This document shows, piece after piece, positions 62,391 to 64,000 of a DNA stretch of 64,000 nt. Source of the DNA: a virus (lineage: Duplodnaviria; Caudoviricetes); the IMG/VR virus record IMGVR_UViG_3300012942_000002, positions 5,772 to 69,771 of that record; one strand, written 5' to 3'. Position numbers and translations under genes: made by a program. Within the stretch, counting starts at the first letter, position 1. Each line of letters opens with the position of its first letter. The notes under the pieces are model-generated. The model was not told the DNA's origin and searched no databases. It worked only from the letters and a program-made list of their open reading frames with translations.

Positions 62391-63434
62391 ATGCGGATCG
62401 CTGACACCTCGACCGGGCAGGGCGTCCTCGTGGAGCGCGAGGAGGGCGACAGCCAGGAGCTGGTCGTCATCGCCCAGCGGATCATGCCCGAGTGGCTGGA
62501 GCTCTTCGCCCGGAAGAACCGGGACTACGGCTCCGGCTCGGCGTACGAGCTCGGTGTGCGCGGGCAGTACTCCGACATCCACCGCAAGATGATCAAGCTC
62601 AAGCGAGCCATGTGGGACGGCGAGCAGCTGGACTTCGAGGACACCGACGAGATCATCAAGGACCTCATCAGCCACCTCTTCCTCACGCTGCACATGTTCG
62701 GCCTCCAGCGTGAGGCAGAGCAGGCGTACGTCTACACCGAGGACGACGCCGCCGTGGACGCCTTCTTCCGGATGGTCGGAGGCGACGCGGAGAACGCGCT
62801 CAAGATGTCCGGCGTCCTGACGGAGCCGTTCCGCACGCTGGTTCGCGACCGGGCCACGACCATGCTCGGCGAGCAGCAGGCCGAAGCGGAGTACGCCGCG
62901 TCCATGAGCGACGGCGAGGACCGCAAGCCCTCGATGCACGACTGGGCCGCCAAGCAGCAGGCCGAGATGGCCGAGCGGCTGAAGCGCGGCACGGACGAGC
63001 GCATCGCCTGGGGGCTGTCCGACGGGAAGCTCGTGGGAGAGGCCCGTAACGGGGCGCGGGAGGCCCGTAGGCGAGCGCGGGAGGCCGACGGGTCGCCGGG
63101 TAAGGCCACGCTCCGGGCGATGGCTGAGAACGGCGCGTACGGCTTCCGGGCCGACGGCGGCGACTTCGCATCCGAGGAGTTCGCACAGGCGGACTTCGAG
63201 CAGAACCACTACCCCCACGGCGCGGAGCTCAATGTCGGTCCGCCCCGCATCATCACCGAGCAGGTGGACGGCCGGACGCGGTACTACCACGAGCCGTACC
63301 CCGGCGCGGACCGTGAGCCGCTGGCCCTCGTGCCCAAGGCGCTCATCGAGCGCGCCCAGAAGGACCAGCACGTCCTGAGCAAGGAGCAGGAGGCCGGGCT
63401 CCGCACGCTGGCCGACTGGGCCAACAACCAGTAA
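62391..63434 (+). CDS. DUF1599 / nucleotide-modification-associated domain 1 protein with C-terminal extension
   Basis: FARKNRDYG...LGVRG..SDIHRKMIKL...IKDLISH. Confidence 0.7.
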   Translation: MRIADTSTGQGVLVEREEGDSQELVVIAQRIMPEWLELFARKNRDYGSGSAYELGVRGQYSDIHRKMIKLKRAMWDGEQLDFEDTDEIIKDLISHLFLTLHMFGLQREAEQAYVYTEDDAAVDAFFRMVGGDAENALKMSGVLTEPFRTLVRDRATTMLGEQQAEAEYAASMSDGEDRKPSMHDWAAKQQAEMAERLKRGTDERIAWGLSDGKLVGEARNGAREARRRAREADGSPGKATLRAMAENGAYGFRADGGDFASEEFAQADFEQNHYPHGAELNVGPPRIITEQVDGRTRYYHEPYPGADREPLALVPKALIERAQKDQHVLSKEQEAGLRTLADWANNQ

Positions 63435-63506
63435 CACCCGCGAGACTGGGCCGACCGTCTGCCACCCCTCCGGCGGACGGTCGGCCCTCTGCACGAGAGG
63501 AACACG

Positions 63507-63770
63507 ATGTCGGGAGCCCCCAGCAGAGCAACGATCACATGGCTGCTGTCCGAAGTCTTGAGCGCGAAACGCGAGATGGATGCCGGCAACAAGGACCGGT
63601 ATATTCGAGGGCGTCACGTGGCGCTGTGCGAAGCGGCCAGTCGCATATGCCAGGTGTCGCGAAATGACCTGGACAAATACCTCGAATGGCTTCAGGAACA
63701 GGTGTCCGAAGGCAATCGGATCGGTGCTGTGCTGGAGCCTTCTCCGTGGGTGAGGATCAACTGCAAATGA
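63507..63770 (+). CDS. hypothetical protein
   Basis: GAGG RBS; ATGA overlap with dnaE. Confidence 0.65.
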   Translation: MSGAPSRATITWLLSEVLSAKREMDAGNKDRYIRGRHVALCEAASRICQVSRNDLDKYLEWLQEQVSEGNRIGAVLEPSPWVRINCK

Positions 63771-64000
63771 AGTATGTGTCGCTGCATCACCACTCAACGT
63801 ATTCGTACATGGACGGGTACGGTTCGCCCGACACGCATGCCAAGCGCGCGGCGGACCTCGGCATGTCGGCTCTCGCACTGACCGAGCACGGCAACATCTC
63901 GTCGCACGTGAAGCACATGCTGTCGTGCCAGAAGTACGGCGTGCGACCGCTATTCGGACTGGAGGCGTATACCGCTCCGGCCAACATGCGAGAGATGGAA
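63767..64000 (+). CDS. dnaE: DNA polymerase III alpha subunit, PHP domain (3'-truncated by window)
   Basis: MKYVSLHHHSTYSYMDG...ALALTEHGN...PLFGLEAY. Confidence 0.92.
   Translation, partial: MKYVSLHHHSTYSYMDGYGSPDTHAKRAADLGMSALALTEHGNISSHVKHMLSCQKYGVRPLFGLEAYTAPANMREME

Noticed and set aside
1-64000. Integrase/repressor lysogeny module, reverse transcriptase/DGR, inteins
   Set aside because: No recombinase, reverse transcriptase (YxDD) or intein motifs recognised in the window; they could lie outside it.

Overview
64 kb of a high-GC tailed actinobacteriophage with siphovirus-type gene content. The host is probably Streptomyces, inferred from the endolysin type, TerD gene, promoters and U-less terminators. 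No integrase or tRNA is visible and both window ends fall inside genes. Layout: (i) 1-4.8 kb, + strand: small genes, HNH, RuvC-like resolvase, DinG-like helicase. (ii) 5-33.3 kb, - strand: virion/lysis operon (TerS, TerL, portal, MuF, scaffold, capsid, head-tail genes, tail tube, frameshifted chaperone, short tape measure, large tail hub, endolysin/holin, repetitive tail fibre), ending in a glycosyltransferase / NTP-transferase-like / FkbM methyltransferase trio. (iii) A C-rich noncoding divergence region (possible ori), then a primase-helicase. (iv) 37.7-51 kb: an early region built from repeated promoter-RBS-gene-hairpin cassettes. (v) 52-64 kb: DNA metabolism genes (dCMP deaminase, SNF2, RecB-like nuclease, Sak4-like ATPase, SSB, TerD, FAD oxidoreductase, HAD phosphatase, DUF1599/Nmad1, DnaE). 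The standout signal is seven type II hammerhead ribozymes in the early-region intergenic spaces (42.96-49.84 kb). Each is predicted to cut 42-45 nt upstream of a start codon and sits directly against the RBS; two of them end ~370 and ~460 nt structured noncoding RNAs that share a covarying 5' domain. Also notable: about 10 dispersed ~100 bp elements with TA steps at conserved offsets, and a strongly over-represented TGCCGGCA palindrome. All calls were made by eye from motifs; no database search was run.
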